The notes under the pieces are model-generated. The model was not told where the DNA came from and did no database searches. It worked only from the letters and a program-made list of their open reading frames with translations. Of a stretch of 64,000 bases of DNA, positions 18,867-28,974 are shown piece by piece. The DNA is from an uncultured Gammaproteobacteria bacterium (GTDB lineage Bacteria > Patescibacteriota > Microgenomatia > CAZETR01 > Amesbacteraceae), in contig CAZIVL010000002.1 of NCBI GenBank assembly GCA_964543035.1, forward strand, positions 150,948 through 214,947. The letters run 5' to 3'. How positions within the stretch are numbered: the first letter of the stretch is position 1; the number at the start of each line of letters is the position of its first letter. Made by a program: the position numbers and the translations under genes.

Positions 18867-19922
18867 ATGGACGACCTTAAGATTGGAGAGATAAATTACA
18901 GAGAGTCTCCTGTGAGTCATACTCCAGGCAAGGGAACGGATCTATCCTTAGATCCCTCGGCTGATCTTGGTCTTGTGTCTGGTGCAATGGGCAAGAGAGA
19001 CGCTGAAATTAAAGAAATAATTATTAGGGAATCTATTGAGCCATCAACTCGTGTTCGACAAGCCGTTGATCTGGCAAGAAATACAGTTAATGAAATAAGG
19101 ACAAAGCATGGTTTAGATAAATTAGACGATAGTGAGTTGCAATGGTGTCTTATGGATGATGATAAGTATAAAAAAATTGCTGGTTCAATAAATGGTCGCA
19201 GGTGTTCTCTGGGAATAGCAATGGCCGGAGTGTCGATTACATGTGATGCTCCAGAGATTCCAGATCATAGAAAAGCGTCCAATGCTTTTCATGAATTATT
19301 ACATAATGGGATTGAGACTGAAGTTCTTTCTGTGACTAGACAAGGAAATGCAATAAATGTTGAAGGCTCAAGATCTGGGGCAAGAGTCAAAAGATTTACG
19401 AGAACTTCGGAAGGAGAGGCCGTCGTTGATCCGCGGAATGGGGAATTGCTAAACGAATTAGCAAATTATGTTTTGCAAGGAGAATTTGAAAGAGAACTAT
19501 TGCAAAGAGATGAATTTAAAGATGAAGCTGACTTGGTGGGGGATAGGATAAAAAGTGATAAATATGCTAAGTACGATGTTCAGGGTGTGCATGTAAATTT
19601 AAATGACAAATATCTTCAAAATGATAAGAATTCTTCTGATGCTATAGTGACGATGCCAACACTTGTACAGCAATTAGTTGAAGACTTAGGAGACGTTGTA
19701 GGGGACATCAATGGAATAAAATTTAATGATTACCTAATTGACATAAAGCTTGATCCGAAAAGAATCGGCGAGTTTGCAGAGGCCATTTCTGCAAAGATGG
19801 GGAAACATTTCTTTAAACAATTAAGACATGCAAAGGTGGACGCTGGATCAATCGCTTGGTTGTTAGATAAAATTCAATTTGAAAGACTTATTAAAAATCA
19901 TCGAGCCTATGGACGTAGCTGA
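18867..19922 (+). CDS. hypothetical soluble acidic protein embedded in the exporter operon
   Basis: 352 aa from ATG overlapping upstream stop (TAACATGG); no TM or known motif. Confidence 0.5.
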   Translation: MDDLKIGEINYRESPVSHTPGKGTDLSLDPSADLGLVSGAMGKRDAEIKEIIIRESIEPSTRVRQAVDLARNTVNEIRTKHGLDKLDDSELQWCLMDDDKYKKIAGSINGRRCSLGIAMAGVSITCDAPEIPDHRKASNAFHELLHNGIETEVLSVTRQGNAINVEGSRSGARVKRFTRTSEGEAVVDPRNGELLNELANYVLQGEFERELLQRDEFKDEADLVGDRIKSDKYAKYDVQGVHVNLNDKYLQNDKNSSDAIVTMPTLVQQLVEDLGDVVGDINGIKFNDYLIDIKLDPKRIGEFAEAISAKMGKHFFKQLRHAKVDAGSIAWLLDKIQFERLIKNHRAYGRS

Positions 19923-21108
19923 ACTGTTTAGATCTGCGGTGGTGGCAATAAGAACTAATAAAACGCGTTCTGTTCTTACCACTCTGGGAATTGTGATTGG
20001 GGTGGCTTCGGTGATACTGCTCGTCTCAATCGGAAACGGATTACAAAATTTTGTGTCGAAAGAATTTGAAGCTTTGGGATCGAACTCACTATTTGTGGCA
20101 CCGGGTAAAGTGAGCTTTGGGGGCGGGCCACCCCAAAATGTAGAAGCCAAGTTTGATTTTGATGATGTGAGAAGAATAGAAGATTTGGGTGATCCTATCG
20201 TGTCAGCCCGAGGAATGGTGAGTAAACCCAGCACTTTTAAATATCGAAGCGAGACATTTTTTGGCTCGATCGTGGGAGTGAGCGAAGACTATCTGGATTA
20301 TGGAAATGTAAAAATGGAGTATGGAGAATTTTTTGACAAGTCTGCTCTTGAACGCAGCTCGATGGTGGGAGTCATCGGAAACAAAGCATATATAGAATTG
20401 TTTGGAGAAGGAGAAAGGGGCATCGGGAAAGAAATAAGTGTGGCGGGGAAAACTGTCAAAATAATCGGCAAGCTGCAAGAAAAAGGCGGAGGATTTGGCG
20501 GAGCTGGTGATGAAAATACTTATCTGTTGATGCCTGTGACATCTGCTATGAAAGTGACTGGAATAGACAAGCCGGCGGCGGTGATGGTCAAGACTGCGGA
20601 TGCGGAGGGGGTAAGCCTAGCTGCCAAAAAAATAAAAAATTATTTTGAAAAAAAGAAACTGACAGATGATGACTACACAATCATGGAACCGAAAGAATTG
20701 CTCGCCTCCATAAACTCATTTTTGGGAGTGGTGACGGGAGCATTGTCGGGAATTGCGGCTATATCTCTGGTCGTGGGAGGGATCGGGATTGCCAACATCA
20801 TGTTGGTCTCGGTCACCGAAAGAACGAGGGAAATTGGGCTTAGAAAAGCATTGGGTGCTACAAGTGGAGACATATTGAGACAATTTTTGATCGAGGCGGT
20901 GGTACTGTCGATATTGGGGGGAGGTCTGGGGATACTGATCGGGGGAGGACTATCGATGCTTTTGCGGCAGTTTATTGAAACTAGTGTGACGTCGGGATCG
21001 GTGATCATGGCGTTTGGGATATCGGCAATTGTGGGAATTGTGGCTGGACTCGCTCCTGCTATTCGAGCATCACGACTGAACCCTATTGAAGCGTTGAGAT
21101 GGGAGTAG
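19909..21108 (+). CDS. ABC transporter permease, MacB/FtsX family (YknZ-like)
   Basis: N-terminal TM, large extracytoplasmic domain, C-terminal FtsX four-helix region; start ambiguous between 19879 and 19909. Confidence 0.8.
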   Translation: MDVAELFRSAVVAIRTNKTRSVLTTLGIVIGVASVILLVSIGNGLQNFVSKEFEALGSNSLFVAPGKVSFGGGPPQNVEAKFDFDDVRRIEDLGDPIVSARGMVSKPSTFKYRSETFFGSIVGVSEDYLDYGNVKMEYGEFFDKSALERSSMVGVIGNKAYIELFGEGERGIGKEISVAGKTVKIIGKLQEKGGGFGGAGDENTYLLMPVTSAMKVTGIDKPAAVMVKTADAEGVSLAAKKIKNYFEKKKLTDDDYTIMEPKELLASINSFLGVVTGALSGIAAISLVVGGIGIANIMLVSVTERTREIGLRKALGATSGDILRQFLIEAVVLSILGGGLGILIGGGLSMLLRQFIETSVTSGSVIMAFGISAIVGIVAGLAPAIRASRLNPIEALRWE

Positions 21109-21189
21109 TACTATGGATATATGGATCCTGTGGTAAGTGATGTAGTTGGTGTAGAGCCCACTGTAACTCCTGTAAAGAAGTGGTGGAGT

Positions 21190-23106
21190 ATGAGTCGGGA
21201 TATGAAGATACTGGGAATGGTAGTTATGGTTGTGGGACTCGGGCTGGGACTACTAGTTGTTCAGCAAGGGACGTCTGTGCCAATGGCTGCGAGATTGCGC
21301 CCAAGGCCAACACTCGCTCCAAGGCCATCGACTCCTTCACAAGCTTGTCCGTCAGCAGTATATAAATATGATGGATTGTATAGTGGCGCCCCACTTGCTA
21401 ATCGTCCAGAAGTATCGACTTCTGGAGATATGTATGTCCCTTTTGGACAAAAAGTGTTGAAATATTCGGGACCTACGCCAACGATTACGTGGGCAGGTAA
21501 ATGTAAGGGAGGAAGTAATTGTGTCGACTTATCGCCCGATATTCAGCAAGGTCACAGCGATAAATTTAATTGTATTCTGAATAATGGTACTAGCTGTATA
21601 ACACCTGCTCCAGCCGATCCACATGAGTATGATTGGCAGTTTAAAGATGCTAAGAGTGCCACTCTTGATGGAAATGGTTATGTGTATATTGCTGATTATT
21701 ATGCTCATAGAATAGGTAGGTTGGGATTAAACGATGGTACATATGCTTATATCGGGAAATGCTCAGGAAATGTTGGGTCCTCGACGGCGTGTGATGTGGC
21801 AGGTGAGTATGCCAATGGATTTGTTTGTAATGATGCCAGTTGTACTAGGAATTTCACATCTGAATCAGGTTTGGGAGATAGACAATTTACTAATCCTGCT
21901 GGTGTAAAAGTGGTGGGGAATGAGTTATTTGTGACCGATAATAGAAATAGCAATAATAGAGTAAAGGTTTTTGGAATGAGCGGTAGTTTTTTAAGATTGT
22001 GGAATGTGGATTTTGCTGAACTTTCTCCAACGCGAACACCTATTTCAGAAACAGTGGGAGGGATCGACTCTACATCAGGCAGAGTATTTGTGGCTGCTAA
22101 TTCCCATTTTGATCCTCATGATCCTCTTTCACCTGATTATTGGGCAGGAGTGATGATTTATGATGCAAATGGCAATTATATTCAGAATCAACAAGTAATC
22201 AGTACACGAAATGACTTTCAAATTAGGAGTGTAGATGTGGATGAAACTGGAACTATGTATGTTGCCTATAGTCAAATGATTAATGGATTGGGAGGTTGGG
22301 GTTACCAGCACAATAGGTATGAACCTCAAAGTGTTCCACCGGCTCCAGAACCGATAGTATATACAGCAAGACCGTTGGAGTTGAGAAAGTATACGACAGG
22401 CTCGAATTATCAAAAGTTGATGTTGTGTGACAATAAGGCAATTGTTTCTGCTGACTCTGGTGCGACTTTGTATATTTCTTCGTCATATGACCCTTATGAT
22501 CCCGGGGGAACAATCGCATATTGTGACGGTGGTGGCTACCCTATTGTGCCTTCTACTGGTGTGATGAGATTTGTGTGTGATGGAGGCGGGGTATCTCCGA
22601 CGCCGACTTCAACTGTTCCAACGAATACACCTACTAGGACCCCGACTCCCACACAACCTCAAGTATCGCCAACGCCGACTGCGCCTGTAACTTTGGAGAT
22701 TTGTCAAGATATGCAAATGGGGCCGGCTGGGGTGTCGTCCAACAATGATGTGCAGTGGTATTTTGTTAACAACAATGCAAATAAGTATTTGCATAGTGTC
22801 TGGTTGTCCTGGCCGACGCCAGTGCCTCCAAGTACTACTCCATACATAATGAATATTCAGCATTATGGTTCGACAGTCGTAGGTAATCCAGCCACGATAT
22901 GGACTGGAAATGTCACGACCTCGCCATTTAATAACTCAACCTGGATTGCAGGAAGAGACAGACTCTTCGGGAGTACCCTTAGTCTTTTGGCTATAAATCT
23001 TAATGATGCTGCCAGGGCAGGACATTACACTTTGGTGACTAGGTGGGCCCTAACTTCAACTGGCCCGGCGGTGTGTCAATCGAGCCCTTCTACCTGGGTG
23101 CGATAA
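21190..23106 (+). CDS. large membrane-anchored/secreted NHL-repeat (beta-propeller) protein with Thr/Pro linker and C-terminal domain
   Basis: N-terminal TM MKILGMVVMVVGLGLGLLVV; repeated GNGYVYIADYYAHRIGRL / GNELFVTDNRNSNNRVKVF NHL-like blades; TPTSTVPTNTPTRTPTPTQPQVSPTPT linker. Confidence 0.55.
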   Translation: MSRDMKILGMVVMVVGLGLGLLVVQQGTSVPMAARLRPRPTLAPRPSTPSQACPSAVYKYDGLYSGAPLANRPEVSTSGDMYVPFGQKVLKYSGPTPTITWAGKCKGGSNCVDLSPDIQQGHSDKFNCILNNGTSCITPAPADPHEYDWQFKDAKSATLDGNGYVYIADYYAHRIGRLGLNDGTYAYIGKCSGNVGSSTACDVAGEYANGFVCNDASCTRNFTSESGLGDRQFTNPAGVKVVGNELFVTDNRNSNNRVKVFGMSGSFLRLWNVDFAELSPTRTPISETVGGIDSTSGRVFVAANSHFDPHDPLSPDYWAGVMIYDANGNYIQNQQVISTRNDFQIRSVDVDETGTMYVAYSQMINGLGGWGYQHNRYEPQSVPPAPEPIVYTARPLELRKYTTGSNYQKLMLCDNKAIVSADSGATLYISSSYDPYDPGGTIAYCDGGGYPIVPSTGVMRFVCDGGGVSPTPTSTVPTNTPTRTPTPTQPQVSPTPTAPVTLEICQDMQMGPAGVSSNNDVQWYFVNNNANKYLHSVWLSWPTPVPPSTTPYIMNIQHYGSTVVGNPATIWTGNVTTSPFNNSTWIAGRDRLFGSTLSLLAINLNDAARAGHYTLVTRWALTSTGPAVCQSSPSTWVR

Positions 23107-23112
23107 TGGTTA

Positions 23113-23141
23113 TTGACACGTGCCTGACTACAGGGTAATAT
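23113..23141 (+). promoter_or_regulatory. sigma70-like promoter TTGACA-17-TAATAT
   Basis: Consensus -35 at 23113-23118 and -10 at 23136-23141, 17 nt spacer. Confidence 0.4.
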
Positions 23142-23267
23142 CGGTTAAGTTTCGAGGCCTTTTTTGCATGTTGAAGTTTAAGCTATTTTCAAACCATACC
23201 AGGCTAATTTAGCCTTGGATTAATAGCAACTTTGGTATACAAGACCTCGAAAGAGGTCTATTTTTTT
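23142..23267 (+). ncRNA. candidate small RNA bounded by the promoter above and an intrinsic terminator
   Basis: About 125 nt between the consensus promoter and the terminator hairpin GACCTCgaaaGAGGTC + T7 (23243-23267); no ORF. Confidence 0.25.
23243..23267 (+). terminator. rho-independent terminator
   Basis: 6-bp GC-containing stem GACCTC/GAGGTC, GAAA loop, followed by TATTTTTTT. Confidence 0.55.
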
Positions 23268-23292
23268 ACAATTTGTGCGACAGAACTGACCA

Positions 23293-23365
23293 GGGCCCGT
23301 AGTTCACCTGGTAGAACGCTTCATTTGCAATGAAGAGGTAAGCAGTTCGAGTCTGCTCGGGTCCA
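23293..23365 (+). tRNA. tRNA-Ala (anticodon TGC)
   Basis: Acceptor GGGCCCG/CGGGTCC with G3:U70 identity pair, anticodon loop TTTGCAA, T-loop TTCGAGT. Confidence 0.9.
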
Positions 23366-23989
23366 CCGCCTTGATGGCTGGTCCCGGTTTCCTTTCGTGG
23401 GAGACCGAGACGAGCCTTTGAGATTATGAGGCCAGAAAAGTGGCCGCCCTGGTGACCTAATGGTCACAGTGCGACTGCGTCGCCCTTTGAAAAGTAGAGA
23501 GAATTTATTGTAGAGAGAGTTGTATTTTATACTTCCGTAAAGCAGATAATGGATGCCTAGGATGCCAATGCCGACGAAGGACGTACTGAGCCACGAAAGT
23601 CATCGGGGAGCTGCTAAGAAGCTTTGATCCGGTGGTCTCCGAATGGGGAAACCCATCTATTTTTATAGATCCCTCGAATTTATTCGAGGTGGGGCACGCT
23701 CTGAACTGAAACATCTAAGTAGGAGCAGGAAAAGAAATCACAGAGATTGCGTGAGTAAGCGGCGAGCGAAAGCGCAAGAGCCTAAACTTGGGTAGCAATA
23801 TCCAGGGGTTGCGGGGCAGATAATATGAGATCAATCAAGGTAGTTAAACTGTCTGGAAAGGCAGGCCATAGAACGTGACAGCCGTGTAGGCGAAACCTTT
23901 GATTGCTCTATTCTGTTCCCAAGTACCATGTTACAAATATAATGTGGGAAGCTGGGGTGACCACACTCCAAGGCTAAATACATTGGCGT

Positions 23990-24031
<42 letters not shown>

Positions 24032-25514
24032 GGGTGAAACCCGAGTGAAATAGTACCTGAAATTATCTGCTGACAAGCAGTGGGAGCTTTCAGTCGCAAG
24101 ACTGGGGGTGACCGCGTGCCTATTGAAGAATTATCCGGCGAGTTTTCGCATTGCGCTTTGTTTAACCAAGCCAAGCTTGGGGAGACGTAGGGAAACCGAG
24201 TCTGAATAGGGCGAATTTGTGCAATGTGGAAGACCCGAAACCTGGTGAGCTAACCATGAGCAGGGTGAACCCTTCCGAAAGGAAGGGGGAGGCCCGCACC
24301 CGTCAGAGTTACAAATCTGTGGGATGACTTGTGGTTAGGGGTAATATGCCAATCGAACCAGGAGATAGCTGGCTCTCCCTGAAATATATACAGGTATAGC
24401 CCTACACGTATCGAACATGAGGTAGAGCACTGGTTGGGTGTTGCAGCGCAAGTTGTGGCCCTCAGTCAAACTTCGAATTCGTGTTCGTCACCCGTGTGGG
24501 AGTCAGAACGGCGCGGCTAAGCGCGTCGCTCTAAAGGGAAACAACCCAGACTGTCATCTAAGGCCTCTAAATGAATGCTCAGTGTGTAACGCAGTTGAAC
24601 TCCTCAGACAGCCAGGAGGTTGGCTCAGAAGCAGCCATCCTTTAAAGAAAGCGTAACAGCTCACTGGTCGAGTATTGGGAGTTTGGCGCGGAAAATGAAC
24701 CGAGGCTTAAGCATTCTGCCGAAGATACAGATTTTCTTTCGCATTCGTGCGAAAGGGAGTGGTAAGGGAGCGTTGAGATTGCAGTGAAGGTTTGCTGTGA
24801 AGCGGGCTGGAGCGATCTCAAGTGAGTATGCCGGAATGAGTAGCGTGATGGATGTGAGAATCATCCACGCCGAATTCCCAAGGGTTCCTCCGCACCATTG
24901 TTTGGCGGGGGGTTAGTCGGCACCTAAGGTGAGGCCGTAGTGGGCGTAACCGATGGACGAGTCGTTAATATTCGACTACAAGATATATATCGTTATCAGC
25001 TAGGGATGGACAAAGTGAGAAGTCTTACGCGTGTGCAGTGAATGCACGTATAAGCCGTAAAATAGTTGATCCTGGAAAATCCGGATTGACGTTTAATTGA
25101 GCGGTGATGTAAAGCCAATTTGAGCAATTGACTTGGCAATGTAAGCAGTTTTTGCTTTCGAGAAAAGATTCGTAGTGAGATATATATTTTGCCGTACCGT
25201 AATCCGACACAGGTGGGATGGTCGAGAAGACCAAGGCGATCGGGAGAAGGTAGTTCAAGGAACTCGGCAAAAAAGCTGGACGTAAGCTATGCAAGATGTC
25301 CTGCCTCGCGTAAGCGAGGTTACAACAAAAGAGTATTTCCCGACTGTTTAACTAAAACACAGGTCTGTGCGAACACGAAAGTGGCGGTATACAGGCTGAG
25401 ACCTGCCCAGTGCTCGTAAGTTAAGTGGATGCGTCGCAAGGCGTTGAAATGAAGCTCGAGTGAACGGCAGCAGTAACTATAACTGTTCTATGGTAGCGAA
25501 GTTCCTTGTCGGGT

Positions 25515-25822
25515 GAATAACTTGCCCGACCCTACATTATTTTTATTAATAATGCGGGGCACTAAGGTTCCTATCATTAGTTAAATTAGATAAAAAATAT
25601 TTCTTTCAGGTGGTTAGTGAAAACTTTGCTATATGCTGGAATAACTCAGTATCCAAAGGTACTCGAAAGAGTGATAATCCGATGGTGGAGTCAATCAGCA
25701 GGAAAGATCCCGCCTTTGGCGGGAAATCCCCAGAGACTACACGCAGAGCTCTTGATGTAACTAACATCAGGATGAAGATATAGTCCGAACTCTATGGCGA
25801 CATAGAGAAACAAAAATAATTG
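25515..25822 (+). other. ORF-less group-I-like intron in 23S (helix 71 region, near E. coli position about 1950)
   Basis: Insertion splits CTTGTCGGGT|AAGTTCCGACC; follows a U and ends in G; internal guide GCCCGAC (25524-25530) pairs with exon GTCGGGT including the U.G wobble at the splice site; AGACTA-type P7-like motif. Confidence 0.6.
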
Positions 25823-26351
25823 AAGTTCCGACCCGCATGAAAGGTATAACGAGGGAATAACTGTCTTGAACTATTACCCGGCGAAATTGAAATGGCTGTG
25901 AAGATGCGGCCTTACTCTACTAGGACAAAAAGACCCTATGGAGCTTTACTGTACTCTGGCCCTGTGCTGGATTTTGAGGTAGTTTAGTGTAGGAGGGAGC
26001 CTTCGGGCAACGATGAAACACCTCCCGCTTTGAGATCTCAGCACTCACCCAAGGTAGCTGGAAACGCTATCGGAGACACGGTCAGAGGGGCAGTTTTACT
26101 GGGGAGGTACCCTGCTAAAGTGTAACGCAGGGGTGCTAAGGTGCACTAGGCTCGGATGGAAATCGAGCGAGTCGTGTAACGGCATAAGTGCGCTTGACTG
26201 TGAGAGTAGCCACTCGAGCAGAAACGAAAGTTGGTCGTAGTGATCCTCGGATGCCTCGTGGGAGGCACCGGGCTTAACGGATAAAAGCTACCCTAGGGAT
26301 AACAGGCTGATCGCCGCCAAGAGTCCATATCGACGCGGCGGTTTGGCACCT

Positions 26352-26673
26352 TAACCAAATGGTATCGGGGTGTGTCGACAGTAATGTCGTTAGCAAGCCT
26401 TGTTATAGATATTTATATTTTTACGTTTCTGAACATTTTTGGTTTTTGAAAATTTTCTGACTCATATCGGAAAACTCCTTTTGTAACGAACACATTAAGG
26501 AAAATTCCGAGGGAAGTCGCTGTGCAATATACGCACAGTTGACCCCTTATCGACTTGTGGTTTCAAGACCACGGAGTTTTTTACTGTTTGTAAAAAGCTA
26601 AGACGTCAGCCCCTACTCAAATCGTGAGAGGGTGAAGGTATAGTCAGCGCTTTAAGTAATTAAAGTCGACATG
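26352..26673 (+). other. second ORF-less group-I-like intron in 23S (peptidyl-transferase loop, near E. coli U2500)
   Basis: Splits GGCACCT|CGATGTCGGCTC; follows U, ends in G; GGGTG (26366-26372) can pair with exon CACCT (U.G at the splice site). Confidence 0.55.
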
Positions 26674-26741
26674 CGATGTCGGCTCATCCTATCCTGGAGG
26701 GGCAGTACCTTCCAAGGGTCCGGCTGTTCGCCGGTTAAAAG

Positions 26742-26790
<49 letters not shown>

Positions 26791-26908
26791 AGTAGAGTCG
26801 TGGGATTTTTGAGGGAGTCTGACCCCAGTACGAGAGGACCGGGTTGGAGGTACCGCTGGTGTGCCGGTTGTGACGTCAGTTGCAGCGCCGGGTAGCTATG
26901 TACCTATG

Positions 26909-26941
<33 letters not shown>

Positions 26942-27126
26942 CTACCCAAGATAAGAAATCCAGTGATCCAGGGAAGACCACCCTGTATAAGAGGCTAGCA
27001 GTGTAAGCACGGCGACGTGTTTAGCTTACTAGTACTAATAGATCCTTTGAAGTAACTATACAAGTCTCCTGCAATAAATTTCTCTCTACTTTTGAGAGGG
27101 CGAAAGCTCTTTTGAAAGTACGTATT

Positions 27127-27244
27127 TCCGGCTATTTGAGCGATGTGGAACTACCTCTTCCCATTCCGAACAGAGCCGTCAAACGCATTAGCGCAGACAA
27201 TAGCTGATCCACGCGGATCCGTGAAGATATGTCATGGCCGGGAT
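27127..27244 (+). rRNA. rrf: 5S ribosomal RNA
   Basis: CCTCTTCCCATTCCGAACAGAGCCGTCAAACGC core, terminal helix TCCGGC/GCCGGGA; about 118 nt, about 70 nt after 23S. Confidence 0.75.
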
Positions 27245-27333
27245 TACGTACTTTCAAAAGTGATACTGTGAAGAAGAGATCGATCTTTTGAGTTGCACTT
27301 GCACTAGATTGTCAGAGGTAGTAAAACTTATAA

Positions 27334-28974
27334 GTGCCGAGGGTGGTTGGAAAAATTAAGTATGTGTTTGTATCGGGAGGGGTGATTTCTGGCCTAGGTA
27401 AGGGAATAACGGCAGCTTCACTGGGACTACTTTTGGAGTCAAGAGGAGTAAAAACGACCAACGTAAAGATAGATATGTATCTAAATGTGGATGCTGGGAC
27501 AATCCGCCCTCAGGAACATGGAGAAGTATTTGTAACAGATGATGGCATAGAAACAGATCAAGACATTGGTCACTATGAAAGATTTTTGGGAAAGGCATTA
27601 CGACGAGAAAATTATATGACCACGGGACAGGTGTATAAAACGGTGATTGATAGGGAAAGGGCGTTTGGGTATGACGGGGAAGATGTAGAAGCCATCCCGC
27701 ATGTAACGGATGAAATAATTGGACGGATCCAAAATGCAGGCAAGGCAAATCAAGCCCAAGTGGTAATAGTCGAGCTGGGAGGAACAGTAGGCGAATACCA
27801 AAACGGTTTGTTTTTTGAAGCCAATCGGATCATGAAACTAAAAAATCCCACTGATGTGGCACATATACATGTATCCTATTTGCCAGTAATTAAAAGTGTA
27901 GGGGAGCTGAAGAGCAAGCCCACTCAACAGTCGGTGCATGTTTTGAACTCGATGGGAATTCAGCCCGATTTTCTAGTGGCCAGAAGTGAGAAACCAATTG
28001 ATGCTAGAAGACGTGAGAGATTGGCGTTGTTTTGCAATATGCATGACGAGGACATTATAAGTAATCCTGATCTTGAGAATATCTATGAAGTGCCGCTATT
28101 TATGGAAGAACAAGGGTTTGCGGAAAAGCTGTTGAAGAGATTGGGAATTCGATCAAAATTAACAGACTTGGGTGAGTGGAAAAGGTTTGTAGATAATCTG
28201 AAAAGTGGAAAAAAAGAAGTGAAGATAGCAATGGTGGGAAAATATTTTGCAACTGGAAATTATGTACTGACTGACGCATATATCTGTGTAATTGAGGCGA
28301 TGAAGCATGCTGCTGCTAAATTGGGTGTGAAACTAAATATGACCTGGATAGACGCAGTATCTGAAAAAGATATGAATAGGGTACTCAAGGGGTTTTGGGG
28401 TATTGTGATTCCACAGGGGTGGGGAAGTAGGGGGACTGAAGGGAAGATCGCGGCTATCAAATATGCGCGGGAGAAAAAAATACCTTATCTTGGACTGTGT
28501 TTTGGGATGCAGATGGCTGTCGTCGAGTATGCCAGAAATGTATGTAAGCTCAGTGGGGCTAATTCATATGAGGTGGATCCAAAGACGAAATATCCTGTGA
28601 TCAATATCATGCCCGATCAAAAAGAGTATCTGGCGGCCCATCAATATGGGGGGACAATCAGACTGGGGGCTTGGGATTGCGTGGTCAAAAAAGGTACGAG
28701 GTTGGAAGAGTGTTACAAAAAACAATTGGTATCGGAGAGACATAGGCATAGATATGAAGTGAACAATGACTTTCGGGAATTACTGGAGAAGAAGGGGATA
28801 GTGATATCTGGGACGAGTCCAGATGGAAAACTGGTGGAGGCAATTGAGCTGCCAAAAAAAGTGAACCCATTTTTTGTGGGGACGCAATTTCACCCTGAAT
28901 ATAAGTCTAGGCCACTCTCTCCTCATCCGATATTTGTAAAATTCATACAAGAAGCAGTACAATTTGCGGCGTGA
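27334..28974 (+). CDS. pyrG: CTP synthase
   Basis: N-terminal YVFVSGGVISGLGKGITAASLG, C-terminal glutamine amidotransferase domain GLCFGMQ; start codon uncertain (GTG). Confidence 0.9.
   Translation: MPRVVGKIKYVFVSGGVISGLGKGITAASLGLLLESRGVKTTNVKIDMYLNVDAGTIRPQEHGEVFVTDDGIETDQDIGHYERFLGKALRRENYMTTGQVYKTVIDRERAFGYDGEDVEAIPHVTDEIIGRIQNAGKANQAQVVIVELGGTVGEYQNGLFFEANRIMKLKNPTDVAHIHVSYLPVIKSVGELKSKPTQQSVHVLNSMGIQPDFLVARSEKPIDARRRERLALFCNMHDEDIISNPDLENIYEVPLFMEEQGFAEKLLKRLGIRSKLTDLGEWKRFVDNLKSGKKEVKIAMVGKYFATGNYVLTDAYICVIEAMKHAAAKLGVKLNMTWIDAVSEKDMNRVLKGFWGIVIPQGWGSRGTEGKIAAIKYAREKKIPYLGLCFGMQMAVVEYARNVCKLSGANSYEVDPKTKYPVINIMPDQKEYLAAHQYGGTIRLGAWDCVVKKGTRLEECYKKQLVSERHRHRYEVNNDFRELLEKKGIVISGTSPDGKLVEAIELPKKVNPFFVGTQFHPEYKSRPLSPHPIFVKFIQEAVQFAA

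Noticed and set aside
15548-23240. 14-nt direct repeat TTGGTATACAAGAC flanking the 7.7-kb spacer insert as proof of a mobile element
   Set aside because: Several exact 14-mer repeats are expected by chance in 64 kb. It is kept only as a weak supporting observation in the rRNA-locus finding.
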